From an uncultured delta proteobacterium (GTDB lineage: Bacteria; Desulfobacterota; BSN033; UBA1163), in assembly GCA_963827685.1 (NCBI GenBank), contig CAWHBU010000006.1, positions 224,001-288,000 of the forward strand: a stretch of 64,000 nucleotides of DNA, in the 5' to 3' direction. A model generated the notes under the pieces. That model was not told the DNA's origin and made no database searches. It worked only from the letters and a program-made list of their open reading frames with translations. Below, in pieces: positions 1 to 9,568 of the stretch. Both the position numbers and the translations under genes were made by a program. Numbering within the stretch: the stretch's first letter is position 1; the number at the start of each line of letters is the position of its first letter.

Positions 1-1
1 G

Positions 2-355
2 GACATTGGAAAAGAAGCAGAGGAACGGATACTGAGAAAAGATTATCTCCTCAGATCTGATATTTTAAAGATCCCCCATCATGGAAGTTCCTTTTCGAGT
101 TCCCCGCTTTTTCTGGAAAGGGTGAAACCTACCTATGCCGTTCTCAGTGTGGGCGAAAGGAACATCGGAAGGCTTCCCCATCCAGAAGTATTGAAGAGAT
201 ACCAACAATTGGGCACGACCCTATTTAGAACTGACAGACACGGCGCCGTCACAGTAAATACAGATGGGGAAAATATTGACGTGAAGACATTTCTTGAAAA
301 ACGGAAAGGAATATCCCGGAGAGGACCGAATGGGAGCAACTCTGGAAGTGGTTGA
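2..355 (+). CDS. comEC: ComEC/Rec2 competence protein, C-terminal metallo-beta-lactamase domain (5' partial)
   Basis: The frame is open from base 2 and reads DILKIPHHGS...AVLSVGERN.GRLPHPEVL.R...RTDRHGAV, typical ComEC C-terminal motifs. Confidence 0.88.
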   Translation, partial: DIGKEAEERILRKDYLLRSDILKIPHHGSSFSSSPLFLERVKPTYAVLSVGERNIGRLPHPEVLKRYQQLGTTLFRTDRHGAVTVNTDGENIDVKTFLEKRKGISRRGPNGSNSGSG

Positions 356-454
356 TGCCCACTATTTTACGGGCACAACCAGATGTCGATCTTAAATGGC
401 GGGCCTACCTGTACTCAGTATCATTGCCAAATACACCGGCACACTGCCGGTTGT

Positions 455-670
455 TCATACTCCTCAGGACCCTCCATAACCAACGGTAACCTTGCTTCCC
501 TCAACAACAACAGGCACGTTCCGAACACCCTTGGAATGCTTTAACATCTCCTCTAATTTTGTATTGTCTGCTTCGACATCATAGTATTTTGCATTATTGC
601 CATAGGCTGACCTAGCCTTTTCCGTATAGGGTCAACCTCCTTTACCGTAAATAATAACCTTCTCCTTCAT
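455..670 (-). CDS. Uxx-star type glutaredoxin-like selenoprotein, 71 aa, two Sec
   Basis: Manual translation gives MKEKVIIYGKGG-U-PYTEKARSAYG...NVPVVVEGSKVTVGYGGS-U-GV*. In-frame TGA at 632-634 and 464-466. RBS AGGAGG upstream, and a hairpin 3' of each TGA. Confidence 0.88.
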
Positions 671-784
671 AGGACCTCCTTTTCGTATAGATTGTAATAC
701 CCAACTAATACTTAAGACTACATTTTTAGTCAAGCATTAAATTTTTTCCTTTTTAACACTTTCAGAAAAGAAATCCACAATTGA

Positions 785-813
785 TTGACAGATTCTACAT
801 TTCTTGATATAGT
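785..813 (+). promoter_or_regulatory. sigma70-type promoter upstream of the riboswitch
   Basis: TTGACA-17 nt-TATAGT. Confidence 0.7.
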
Positions 814-834
814 GATAGTCAAATAATTCATAAT

Positions 835-920
835 GGGTCACGCGAAAAAGCCAAACCCTTCGTAAGAAGGGGGCGGAAAGCGGCGGGTCTTTTATGACGA
901 AGATGGCCGAGTTGCCGAAG
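835..920 (+). ncRNA. c-di-GMP-I (GEMM) riboswitch
   Basis: GCCAAACCCTTC-GTAA-GAAGGGGGCGGAAAGC...GAGTTGCCGAA matches the GEMM P2 GNRA-loop / GAAAG / P3 architecture. It lies in the 5' UTR of 995..1675. Confidence 0.85.
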
Positions 921-952
921 GTTGAACCTCAGATAGTCCGGCCATTTTGTTT
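902..952 (+). terminator. Putative riboswitch expression-platform terminator
   Basis: ATGGCCG in the aptamer 3' strand can pair with CGGCCAT, which is followed by TTTGTTT. Confidence 0.5.
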
Positions 953-994
953 CGCTAATTATTCCTAAGGTGAAGGAACTTAGGAGGTGATACC

Positions 995-1675
995 ATGCAA
1001 AAAACAGTTTTAATAGCTGCGTTAACCGTTGCTTTTTTAATGGTCCCTTTCTTAATTCATGCAGAGGTTTATAAATGGATCGACAATAAAGGAACCATCC
1101 ATTTCACCGACAACAATTCCAATGTACCGGAGAAATACCTTCCGGTTGCTGAAACTCAACCGTTCCTAAAAGAGAGCCCTCTTCCAAGCATCCAGGAGAA
1201 ATCAGCTCCTGTTCACGCTCCCAAGAGCTCTGAACCTTTGGGACAGGAACTATCACGATTGTTCAGCGGTTTGATTAATGGAGTTGATGGTTCAGGAAGG
1301 TCCATTACTGTTATGGGCGAGGGGAAGGAGATGGTTTTTACCGTCTCCGAGGATACAAGGATTACAACTGATTATGGAAAGAATGTGTCTTTTAGCGAAT
1401 TAAAAAATGGGAGCCCGGTTACAATCGAATACATAGAAAAGGATGGCGACTATCAAGCACGGAGCGTGAAAGTTAGCCTTTTGTTAGCGGGAACAACAAA
1501 TGCCGTCGAAAACGATCAAGCGGGAAAACCAAATCCTGGGCCTGGGCAATTGGAAAACCCTGGGAAAACTCAAGAGGGTGTCTGGGATGACCAACAAGCA
1601 CATCAAACACTGCCAGACGGAACCCCAACTAAACCACCACAGTTTAAACTACCTAAACAACCATCTAAAAAGTAA
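995..1675 (+). CDS. Secreted DUF4124-domain protein with a DUF5666/OB-like second domain
   Basis: Signal peptide, EVYKWIDNKGTIHFTD motif, FTVSEDTRI...FSELKNGSPVTIEY, and RBS AGGAGGT. Confidence 0.75.
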   Translation: MQKTVLIAALTVAFLMVPFLIHAEVYKWIDNKGTIHFTDNNSNVPEKYLPVAETQPFLKESPLPSIQEKSAPVHAPKSSEPLGQELSRLFSGLINGVDGSGRSITVMGEGKEMVFTVSEDTRITTDYGKNVSFSELKNGSPVTIEYIEKDGDYQARSVKVSLLLAGTTNAVENDQAGKPNPGPGQLENPGKTQEGVWDDQQAHQTLPDGTPTKPPQFKLPKQPSKK

Positions 1676-2059
1676 TGTTTTGCTTTGGTCGTTAACAAAG
1701 GACAAGATGTAATACCTCCTTTAGGCTGTGTACATTTCTTCCAGATGCATTTCCGTCTTTTGCTTCGCTACGATCTGGATTAAAACTCCCGTCCTCAGTC
1801 GAAGAATCACACCCAGTTTGCTGTAGACGGGCGATAGCAAATAGAGAGGAAAGCAGAGGAAAAGAGTTATCCGAAAGAAACGAATAAGCCCGCGATAGAT
1901 TGTTTCCCACCCTTCACAAAAGTAAACTTCCCAAAAAATGGAGACAACGATAGCAAAACCAAAATCAGAAAGGCGAGCCAAGCTTCTTTGGGCCACCGAT
2001 GAAAATTCTTTGAAGGCATCAAATGGACCATCCTTCTTCCTACCTATGAGGGAACCCAT

Positions 2060-3241
2060 CTATAGGACAATTAAGGAAATCACCGTTCCTGCCAGGACGA
2101 CCCACAGGATATCTACCTTCAAAATCAGGGCAACAAAGGCTGCGCCTGAAAGAAAAATACGAGGAACATCCCAGGGAATGTCCAAGGCAAATCGGATCGT
2201 TACTGTCAGAAGAAGGCCTACAAAAGAACACAAGATGCCTGTCATAACCTTTTTAAAATACGGAGAACCGCGTAACCGGTCAAAGTAAGGCACGACTCCA
2301 ACAACCATCATGAAAGAAGGCAAAAATACACAGATGGTGGCAATAAGCCCTCCAAGAGGACCTTTCAGCAAATAACCCACGAAGGTTGCCGTCATCACAA
2401 TCGGGCCCGGGGTCACCTGTCCCAGAACGATTCCATCCAGGAGAGTCTGCCCATCTAACCACGAGCGAGCCTCAACCACCTCGTGGTACATCAAAGGAAC
2501 CGAAGCGAATCCACCTCCAAACGCGAATAAATCTATTCTGAACATGAGAGCAGCAAGATCGAACAGGCCCCGGCCGAAAAGGTAAAGCAGGACAAATCCT
2601 AATGCAGCCCCCGATAATAATATAGAAGCAGACCTGAAAGAGGATGATTTTCTTGTTGACGTGCCCATTGGGTTAGGGACAGGCTGTCCGCCAAGAAATA
2701 GAAATCCTAAGAGAGCAGCCAGAACGATTACCAGAATGGGATTGACCTTCCATCCAAACATGGTCGCAGCAATAATGGCAATGACTACGCTTTTCCAGTT
2801 TTTGACGGAAGTCTTGCCAAAAGAAAGCGTAGCATTGGCTACAATGGCAACGATGACGGCCTGAAGCCCCTTGAAGGCTGAAACGACTGCTGGGAGTGTA
2901 TGGGCGCGCTCATATAACGCTGAAAGCACCATCATGAAAAGAAAGGCAGGGAGACCAAACCCTATGAAACTTGCTGCAGCACCCGCCACTCCCTTTGCTC
3001 TTAAACCTACGTAGGCAGACATTTGCATCGCCGTCGCCCCGGGGATCGTCTGACAAAGGGCGACCCCGTCGCGAGCGGATTGATCGTCGAGCCAGTGCTT
3101 CTTTTCAACTGCCATCTTTCGAATGTAAGCAACCATTGCCGGACCACCAAATGCAGTAGCCCCCAGTCTTAAGAATGAAGTGAACAAGCGGAATAATGAT
3201 GGGGTTGGATTGTGATGTTGGTACTGTGCCCGCTCCATCAA
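2060..3241 (-). CDS. chrA: Chromate efflux transporter (long-chain CHR)
   Basis: LGATAFGG, QTIPG, FAFGGG and GQVTPGP repeated half-domains. Confidence 0.93.
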   Translation of the reverse strand: MMERAQYQHHNPTPSLFRLFTSFLRLGATAFGGPAMVAYIRKMAVEKKHWLDDQSARDGVALCQTIPGATAMQMSAYVGLRAKGVAGAAASFIGFGLPAFLFMMVLSALYERAHTLPAVVSAFKGLQAVIVAIVANATLSFGKTSVKNWKSVVIAIIAATMFGWKVNPILVIVLAALLGFLFLGGQPVPNPMGTSTRKSSSFRSASILLSGAALGFVLLYLFGRGLFDLAALMFRIDLFAFGGGFASVPLMYHEVVEARSWLDGQTLLDGIVLGQVTPGPIVMTATFVGYLLKGPLGGLIATICVFLPSFMMVVGVVPYFDRLRGSPYFKKVMTGILCSFVGLLLTVTIRFALDIPWDVPRIFLSGAAFVALILKVDILWVVLAGTVISLIVL

Positions 3242-3358
3242 GAAATCTCCTCTAACAATTTGAGTATATCAAACGGCTCTATCGACACTTCCTTGACTTC
3301 ACATCATAGCTCGGCCAAATAACGGTACGTTCGAGTAATAGCCTACACCTCGTCCTAT

Positions 3359-4612
3359 TCAGAACATCGGTGTTGGCACAGTGCCCCAACCACTTCCTGT
3401 GGGTGTATCGCGCACCTGGAGAATCTCCCCCGTGTGAAGATGCACGTCAACAAAGAAAACGGGTGTTCGTGTGTTGTTGATATTAAAATCATCGAATGGC
3501 GAGTTAACCTCTCCATCATTGGCGGATACTTCCACAAAAATAATTCTCCGTTTCATTGCCGGGCTGTCGTGCATCCCTGAATGATGAGCCTCCATTGGGG
3601 TATAGTGGGGATGTTCTCCCGTTAAATGACCAAAGGGATGAAGAATATACTCAGTAATCATACCGATGGTTTTATGCTGCTCGAACAGCTTCCATTCCCC
3701 TCCCGTATCGGCGATCATGCCTTGCATCACGTAGTCAATCGGAATGAAATAGGCAAGAAGGCGATGTCCTTTGTGATTTCCAATCGTTTTCAACTTTGAA
3801 GCAACAACAGAATCCCGAAGTACAGGAGGAAGCAGTTGTCTTGCCGTTGTTAAATCTTCTTTTGTTATTGTCATGACATCAACATGGTCGACTTGATCTA
3901 GTGGAAGATGGTGGACTGTGTAGGCTCTTAAAATGAAACCGCTTCCTACTGCAACCACAAGAAATACCAGAAAGATGACAATGGCTTTGCGGACGGTCAG
4001 ACGCTGTTGTGGTTTTCGATTTCCCATCCATACCTTCTCAACAGAATGGGGGAGGAACATTCCCGTCCGATTTATGTAGGCGATGTAGCTTTCTCCGAAA
4101 CGATTGATCATCCGACGTTCCTCGTCTTTAGCAAGAAGGTAATACAAAAAGAGCATGATCGCAAAAAGCCCCAGTGTCAGGAATCTGGGCCACATGATAG
4201 CCAGTCCCAAAGCTGCCAATCCAAGTCCGAGATATTGAGGATGGCGAATAAGGGTATACAATCCTTTTGTGGCCACACCCTTCTTCAGCAACTTACCCAT
4301 GTAAACTTGTACAGCGCAGACGAAAAATATCAGCATCCCGACCACAAAAAACACAGATCCTAAAATACGAAGTACCGTCAACGCCTCATTTGGTGGAACG
4401 ACCATATGAGGAAGAAAAAAAGCCGTCAGCCAGCGAGTCATCCACGATTGATTCAGAACAAGTAAAAACGGGTTGAATGCTGCATAGAAAAAGAACGCAA
4501 AAGGACTGATCATAATGACAATTTCCAGCCCCACGATGAACGAAAGAAGAATAGCGCTAATCGCTGCCACCCTCTTGCCTTTATTGTTATATGACTTTTT
4601 TTGCTGTGCCAT
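3359..4612 (-). CDS. Isoprenylcysteine carboxyl methyltransferase (ICMT/PEMT) family membrane protein with a C-terminal extension
   Basis: GLYTLIRHPQYLG, EERRM..RFGESY..Y, and multiple TM helices. Confidence 0.8.
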   Translation of the reverse strand: MAQQKKSYNNKGKRVAAISAILLSFIVGLEIVIMISPFAFFFYAAFNPFLLVLNQSWMTRWLTAFFLPHMVVPPNEALTVLRILGSVFFVVGMLIFFVCAVQVYMGKLLKKGVATKGLYTLIRHPQYLGLGLAALGLAIMWPRFLTLGLFAIMLFLYYLLAKDEERRMINRFGESYIAYINRTGMFLPHSVEKVWMGNRKPQQRLTVRKAIVIFLVFLVVAVGSGFILRAYTVHHLPLDQVDHVDVMTITKEDLTTARQLLPPVLRDSVVASKLKTIGNHKGHRLLAYFIPIDYVMQGMIADTGGEWKLFEQHKTIGMITEYILHPFGHLTGEHPHYTPMEAHHSGMHDSPAMKRRIIFVEVSANDGEVNSPFDDFNINNTRTPVFFVDVHLHTGEILQVRDTPTGSGWGTVPTPMF

Positions 4613-4730
4613 TTTGAATCTCCTTTGTATGTATTGTAAGCGCGGATCGTTATGAAGAAAATAGTAAATGGAATATCTTTACAAAACAATCCTACGAATG
4701 GTTTAAATAGATAAATTGCTTTAATGGAAG

Positions 4731-5039
4731 TTAGCAGCGAAGAGGAACAGAATTGAAGGTTAAATTGGAATGAATGGAGTCAGGATCCAAAACCTTGATA
4801 TCGAATGAAGGTGTTGATTCCTTTTCGATTAGAGATGAATTTAAACTTGGGATATCAAAATCATCTTGGGAGACAATCGAATGGAAAAGACAAGAACTGG
4901 CCCTTTGTATTTGCTTGCATTGAGGAAGTGGGCATCGGCTCGATAGTTTTTGAACCAAGTTCATCGGTGTCATCCCAACAAGAACAGGGATGAGTATGAT
5001 TGTGGAGACGAGAAATAATGTTTTGTGTCTGCTTAACAT
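4731..5039 (-). CDS. Small exported Cys-containing protein ending in PLRC
   Basis: N-terminal hydrophobic helix, CPLPQC...CLFH, C-terminal SVPLRC. It lies directly behind a sigma54 site. Confidence 0.6.
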   Translation of the reverse strand: MLSRHKTLFLVSTIILIPVLVGMTPMNLVQKLSSRCPLPQCKQIQRASSCLFHSIVSQDDFDIPSLNSSLIEKESTPSFDIKVLDPDSIHSNLTFNSVPLRC

Positions 5040-5081
5040 GGAGAACTCAGTCCAGTATAGGACGAACTTAAGCTTAAAACA

Positions 5082-5097
5082 AGCAACTTTAATACCA
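5082..5097 (-). promoter_or_regulatory. sigma54 (-24/-12) promoter
   Basis: Minus strand TGGTATTAAAGTTGCT (GG-N10-GC). Confidence 0.65.
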
Positions 5098-5364
5098 AAA
5101 TCTAAGAATCTTTGAAATGAGGAAAATATCAAATAATTGCATGAAGTTAATAATTTCTTGGAAAATCCGGACTTTCGCCCTTTAATCGAATCTTTTCGAC
5201 AATTGAGTCGATGGCAAAAATGCCAAACGTCAAATTTTCGATTTAATACCGTTGCGTTATGAATGTATCGACAAAACTTTCCGCGATCTCGACAAGGCTG
5301 TCGCAGACTCTTCCTTCAAGAATTTAGAAAATGTCCATCACTCCATGTTTAGAAAAACAATAAC

Positions 5365-6393
5365 TTATTCCATTGAGGGCAGTAAAGGAACGTTTAGAAC
5401 ACCTTCAGGAATCTTCCCTGTTAAGGATTTCAAAAATGAAATGATCTCTTCAATCTGGGGTTGAGTGAGATCCTTTCCCAATTGAACTTTGCCCATTATC
5501 CTAACCGCATGCTCAAGTTTGTCAACGGAACCATCGTGAAAGTACGGAGAAGTTTTTGCGACATTTCTTAGCACCGGAACCTTAAATACATATTTATCCA
5601 AATCATTTTTCGTGACCACAAATCTTCCTTCGTCGATCTCTTCGCTCTTAGTATATTTCCAATATGGCTCAAATATTCCAAATTTTTGATACATCTGCCC
5701 CCCAAAGTATGCGCTTGAATGGCAGGTCATACATCCTGTTTCGATGAATGCTTTAAGCCCTCTTTTTTGAGGATTCGTAAGGGCGGCCTGATCCCCTTTT
5801 GCAAAGGCGTCGAAACGAGAAGGGGTAACTAATGTTCTTTCAAAGGCCCCCACTGCCTTCGAGAAGTTATCAACGTTAACCGGATCCTTTTCCCCAGGGA
5901 AGGCCTTTTCGAACAGTGGGGCATACCCCTTTATTTCCTTGAGTTTCTTCTCCACTGCCTCATACGACGGCATCCCAAAAGAGGGTGGCCCGATCACCGA
6001 TTGTTTTGCCTGGTCTTCCACATCTGCCCGGTTTCCTATCCAATGTGCGGAAATCTGTCCTGCTGCATTCAAAACGGTGGGGGCATTTCTCGGATTGACT
6101 TTGCAATTATCCCCTATCGACTTTCTTAATCCATCCGCCGCATATAAACCGATCGGGTGGCATCGAGAACAGCTCACCGTTCCGTCTACAGAAATCCGTG
6201 TCTCGTAAAAAAGCATTTTCCCTAATTTGACCTTTTCAGGGGTAATAGGATTTTTTTCGGATACCATTGCTTTCGGTAACGAGCCGAAAATCTGGTTGGC
6301 CTGTTTTAGCAAGTTTTCATCTCCATCGCTGCCGAATGACATGCCAGCAAGAAACAACGTTGAAATGACGACAATAATCTTTATCTTAAACAT
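5365..6393 (-). CDS. Di-heme cytochrome c peroxidase (CcpA/MauG family)
   Basis: Two CxxCH motifs (CSRCH, CMTCH), RNAPTVLN, FKVPVLRNV, PYFHDGS. Confidence 0.93.
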   Translation of the reverse strand: MFKIKIIVVISTLFLAGMSFGSDGDENLLKQANQIFGSLPKAMVSEKNPITPEKVKLGKMLFYETRISVDGTVSCSRCHPIGLYAADGLRKSIGDNCKVNPRNAPTVLNAAGQISAHWIGNRADVEDQAKQSVIGPPSFGMPSYEAVEKKLKEIKGYAPLFEKAFPGEKDPVNVDNFSKAVGAFERTLVTPSRFDAFAKGDQAALTNPQKRGLKAFIETGCMTCHSSAYFGGQMYQKFGIFEPYWKYTKSEEIDEGRFVVTKNDLDKYVFKVPVLRNVAKTSPYFHDGSVDKLEHAVRIMGKVQLGKDLTQPQIEEIISFLKSLTGKIPEGVLNVPLLPSME

Positions 6394-6449
6394 GATAACT
6401 TCCTCTCTTTGCTTCCCATGATTAACGCAGCTTGACCCATGCAATTCGT

Positions 6450-7265
6450 CTATTCTTCAAGCAACAAAGGGCTCAAAGATTTCGGTTCGGCGCGGATGCG
6501 TGTCCCTTTGCCGAATCCCCCCGTCCAGTAAAGGCCCAGGTAGCCAATAGTATGCCTGCCCCCCGCGAGCGTGTGACCCCCGGAAAAAAGGAGTTGGAAG
6601 TTTGGCGTGATTTTAAAGAGGCCCCCGAGATTGAAAACTACGAAGGAACGGACATCGTCGCTGCTCTTCCCCTGGGCGAAAATCTCGCCGCCCAGAGTCA
6701 GCCGTTCGCCGAAATCGCGTTGAAGGAGCCACCCGCCAAAGAAGTGATTGCGCTGCTTGGAGGCGGGATTGATGACATAGCCGCCTCCCCCGTAAGTAGT
6801 CCATGCTCCCCAGCTCTTCTGCAGCCATAATGGCAACCTCCACCATGCCTGGCCATTCCCCAAGCCACGATCAGCATCCCCTGTTGGGATCTCGATCATC
6901 GGAAAGATACCCACCATCGGCCAATGGTCCGTTTCTTGAATAAAGCGATATTTTACGCCAAACTCAATATCCCCCAATCCATAAGCGCTGGCGGCGTCTG
7001 CGGGGGAGGCATAGACCATGGGTATGACCAGGTGGACCTGTAGGTTGGGGAGGGCCCCCACGTTGAATTCAAACGCCGGCCCCATAACGTCGGTCTGCTT
7101 GCGCATAGCATCGACGGTGGAAAACAGGTAGACCTCCAGGTGCTTGAATGGTACAGGCTCGGGGTCGTCGGTCAGAAAAGGAGGTCCGGCGAATGCGGTT
7201 GCCGTTAAACCCGGAATCAGCCATAGAAAGAACATGAGGAGAAGTAAGGACCGGAAACCGCGCAT
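6450..7265 (-). CDS. Putative outer-membrane beta-barrel (MetA-phenol-degradation/transporter-like)
   Basis: Signal peptide, GPPFLTDDPEPV, GLGDIEFGVKYRF, PTGD..RGLGNG. Confidence 0.7.
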   Translation of the reverse strand: MRGFRSLLLLMFFLWLIPGLTATAFAGPPFLTDDPEPVPFKHLEVYLFSTVDAMRKQTDVMGPAFEFNVGALPNLQVHLVIPMVYASPADAASAYGLGDIEFGVKYRFIQETDHWPMVGIFPMIEIPTGDADRGLGNGQAWWRLPLWLQKSWGAWTTYGGGGYVINPASKQRNHFFGGWLLQRDFGERLTLGGEIFAQGKSSDDVRSFVVFNLGGLFKITPNFQLLFSGGHTLAGGRHTIGYLGLYWTGGFGKGTRIRAEPKSLSPLLLEE

Positions 7266-7457
7266 ATGGCCTATTTCATGCAACACTAAAGACTTATGAG
7301 ATAAAGCTACCGAAATATCCTTGAAAAACAAATAAGGTGAATTTTGTATTTTTCAATAAATTGTGATGTATTTTGTGGCCGGGTCTACGTTTCCATCCCG
7401 TCGCCAGACAATGCTAAAGGGGTCATTCCTTGATTTAACTCTCCCATTTCTTTTAAA

Positions 7458-9197
7458 ATGAAAATAATGAAAGGCTTTTTTAATCAACTTCTTCGAATCG
7501 ATCTCTCTAAGCAAAAGTCTACGGTCGAACCCATTCCTGAATCGATTCTCCGATCCTATCTGGGTGGAAAGGGTTTAGGGTCCTATCTTCTTCTTAAAGA
7601 AAATCCACCCCATATCGATCCCTTTTCACCGCAAAATCGCCTTATCATCACATTAGGTCCCTTAGCGGATACCCCTTTTTATGGCTCCAGTCGTTACGCC
7701 GTCTTCACCAAATCTCCTCAGACTGGAATCTATTCTGAATCCTATTCTGGAGGAAAGATTACCCTCTCCCTCAGCCGAACCGGTTATGACGCCATCATCA
7801 TTGAAGGAAAATCGAATCATCCCATTTTTCTCGAGATCAGCGACAAAGAGGTCGTCTTCCACTCTGCCTCAAGCCTCTGGGGAAAAGTGACCTACGAGGC
7901 AGAAGAGGCCATTCTCAAGAGGGTTGGTAAAGATTCTGGGGCTTTGGTCATTGGCCCGGCGGGTGAGAATTTGGTCAAATTTGCCGTGATCGGGAGTGAG
8001 CGCTGGCGTTCCCTCGGAAGAGCCGGAATCGGTGCGGTGATGGGATCAAAGAAGTTGAAAGGGATTGCCTTTCACGGAAAGAAGCGCCGGGAGATTGCTG
8101 AACCCTCTTCTCTAAAAAGATTGGCCCTGAAGTTTAAAGATCGAGTCAAAGGCAATGAGATCATTCACATGTATAAAAAATATGGAACCCCCATGCTGGT
8201 TTCCATCATGAACACCATTGGCGCCTTTCCTACGCAATATTGGTCCAAAGGGACCTTGGAGGGGTGGGAAGGAATCAGCGCCGAGAGCCTGATGGAACGC
8301 TGTCAGGTGAGTTCGATCGCCTGCCCTCATTGCTTCATGGCTTGCGGGAAAATCTCTGAGGTCAAACAGGGAAGGCATCGAGGCCTTCGCATCATGGGAC
8401 CGGAATATGAAACCATTTATGCCTTTGGAGGACTTTGCATGGTGAACTCCATTGAGGAGATCATTTATCTTAACGATTTATGCGACCGTCTGGGAATGGA
8501 TACTATTACAGCAGGAAACTTGGCGGCGTTTGCCATCGAGGCTTCAAAAAGAAGGAAGATCAAAGACAACCTCCAATATGGAGATGTGGATGGCATTGCG
8601 GCGATCTTAACCAAAATTGCATATCGAAAAGGAGTGGGGCGTATCTTGTCAGAGGGAGTCCGCCATGCCGCAAAGGTCTGGGAGATGGAAGAGAAGGCGA
8701 TTCATGTGAAAGGCCTGGAGCCTGCGGGCTTTGATCCCAGGGTACTGAAGGGAATGGGGCTTGCTTATGCCACATCGGATCGAGGGGCCTGCCATCTCAG
8801 GGCGACCTTTTATAAGTCCGAACTTTCTGGTCAGATTGATCCTGATCAGATAAAGGGGAAGGCCAAGCTTTTTGTGGATTATGAGGACAAGATGACCCTG
8901 TTCGATGCCCTGATCCTCTGCCGCTTTTATCGGGATTTAGTCACCTGGAAGGACCTTCAAGAGATTATAAAATCTACTTGCAACCTTTCACTCAAGAAGA
9001 AAGAACTAAGAGCCATGGCCTCTGGAATTATCAATCTCGCCAGGGCTTTCAATCAACAAGAGGGGTTGACAATCAAAGAGGACAAACTGCCTCGTCGATT
9101 CTTTCGAGAAGTTCTCCAGGAGACAGGAAAAACGATCCAACCCGAAGATCTGAAATTCATGTTGAAGGAGTATTACGAATTGAGGGGCTGGAAGTGA
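7458..9197 (+). CDS. Tungsten aldehyde:ferredoxin oxidoreductase family
   Basis: YLGGKGLG, IGPAGEN, GAVMGSK.LK, CPHCFMAC, GPEYET, RGACH. Confidence 0.95.
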   Translation: MKIMKGFFNQLLRIDLSKQKSTVEPIPESILRSYLGGKGLGSYLLLKENPPHIDPFSPQNRLIITLGPLADTPFYGSSRYAVFTKSPQTGIYSESYSGGKITLSLSRTGYDAIIIEGKSNHPIFLEISDKEVVFHSASSLWGKVTYEAEEAILKRVGKDSGALVIGPAGENLVKFAVIGSERWRSLGRAGIGAVMGSKKLKGIAFHGKKRREIAEPSSLKRLALKFKDRVKGNEIIHMYKKYGTPMLVSIMNTIGAFPTQYWSKGTLEGWEGISAESLMERCQVSSIACPHCFMACGKISEVKQGRHRGLRIMGPEYETIYAFGGLCMVNSIEEIIYLNDLCDRLGMDTITAGNLAAFAIEASKRRKIKDNLQYGDVDGIAAILTKIAYRKGVGRILSEGVRHAAKVWEMEEKAIHVKGLEPAGFDPRVLKGMGLAYATSDRGACHLRATFYKSELSGQIDPDQIKGKAKLFVDYEDKMTLFDALILCRFYRDLVTWKDLQEIIKSTCNLSLKKKELRAMASGIINLARAFNQQEGLTIKEDKLPRRFFREVLQETGKTIQPEDLKFMLKEYYELRGWK

Positions 9198-9473
9198 CCT
9201 TGCCTACCCCCAGTTTTTAGAAGTACTGAGCTTTTTAGGAGCAAGCCACCCGGCCGAGCCCCTCAGAGAGGCTTCACAGGCCGCACCGCTTTGCGCTTGG
9301 GTACATGGACCTCAACGTTATAAGGAAGTTCCCCTATGTTCCTCGGTCAGGTTACAAAATACTCTCTAAGAAATCGGCCTTATGAAGCCTTGAAGAGGGG
9401 GTTGGCCAGGTGGCAAGTTACATCCATTCCACCCAGCCTGGAGAGGATAATGAAAAACTGGAGGTGGGCAAGG
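9198..9473. mobile_element. MITE (276 bp, non-autonomous) with ~21-bp terminal inverted repeats and a 9-bp target-site duplication
   Basis: TIRs CCTTGCCTACCCCCAGTTTTT / AAAAACTGGAGGTGGGCAAGG. TGGAAGTGA is duplicated at 9189-9197 and 9474-9482. Internal inverted repeats; no transposase. Confidence 0.85.
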
Positions 9474-9568
9474 TGGAAGTGACCACTTTACCTCCTGTCA
9501 TTCAAATGGTAATATAATAGAAATGCTAAGCGCTTAGCGCATTGCAGTGAACGATATAGGTAAACGCG

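Noticed and set aside
835-920. cGAMP-specific riboswitch variant
   Set aside because: The discriminating position appears to be G, not A, by manual alignment.
1692-2059. Minus-strand ORFs downstream of chrA
   Set aside because: No recognisable family, and several competing short frames. Possibly a remnant, but not supportable.
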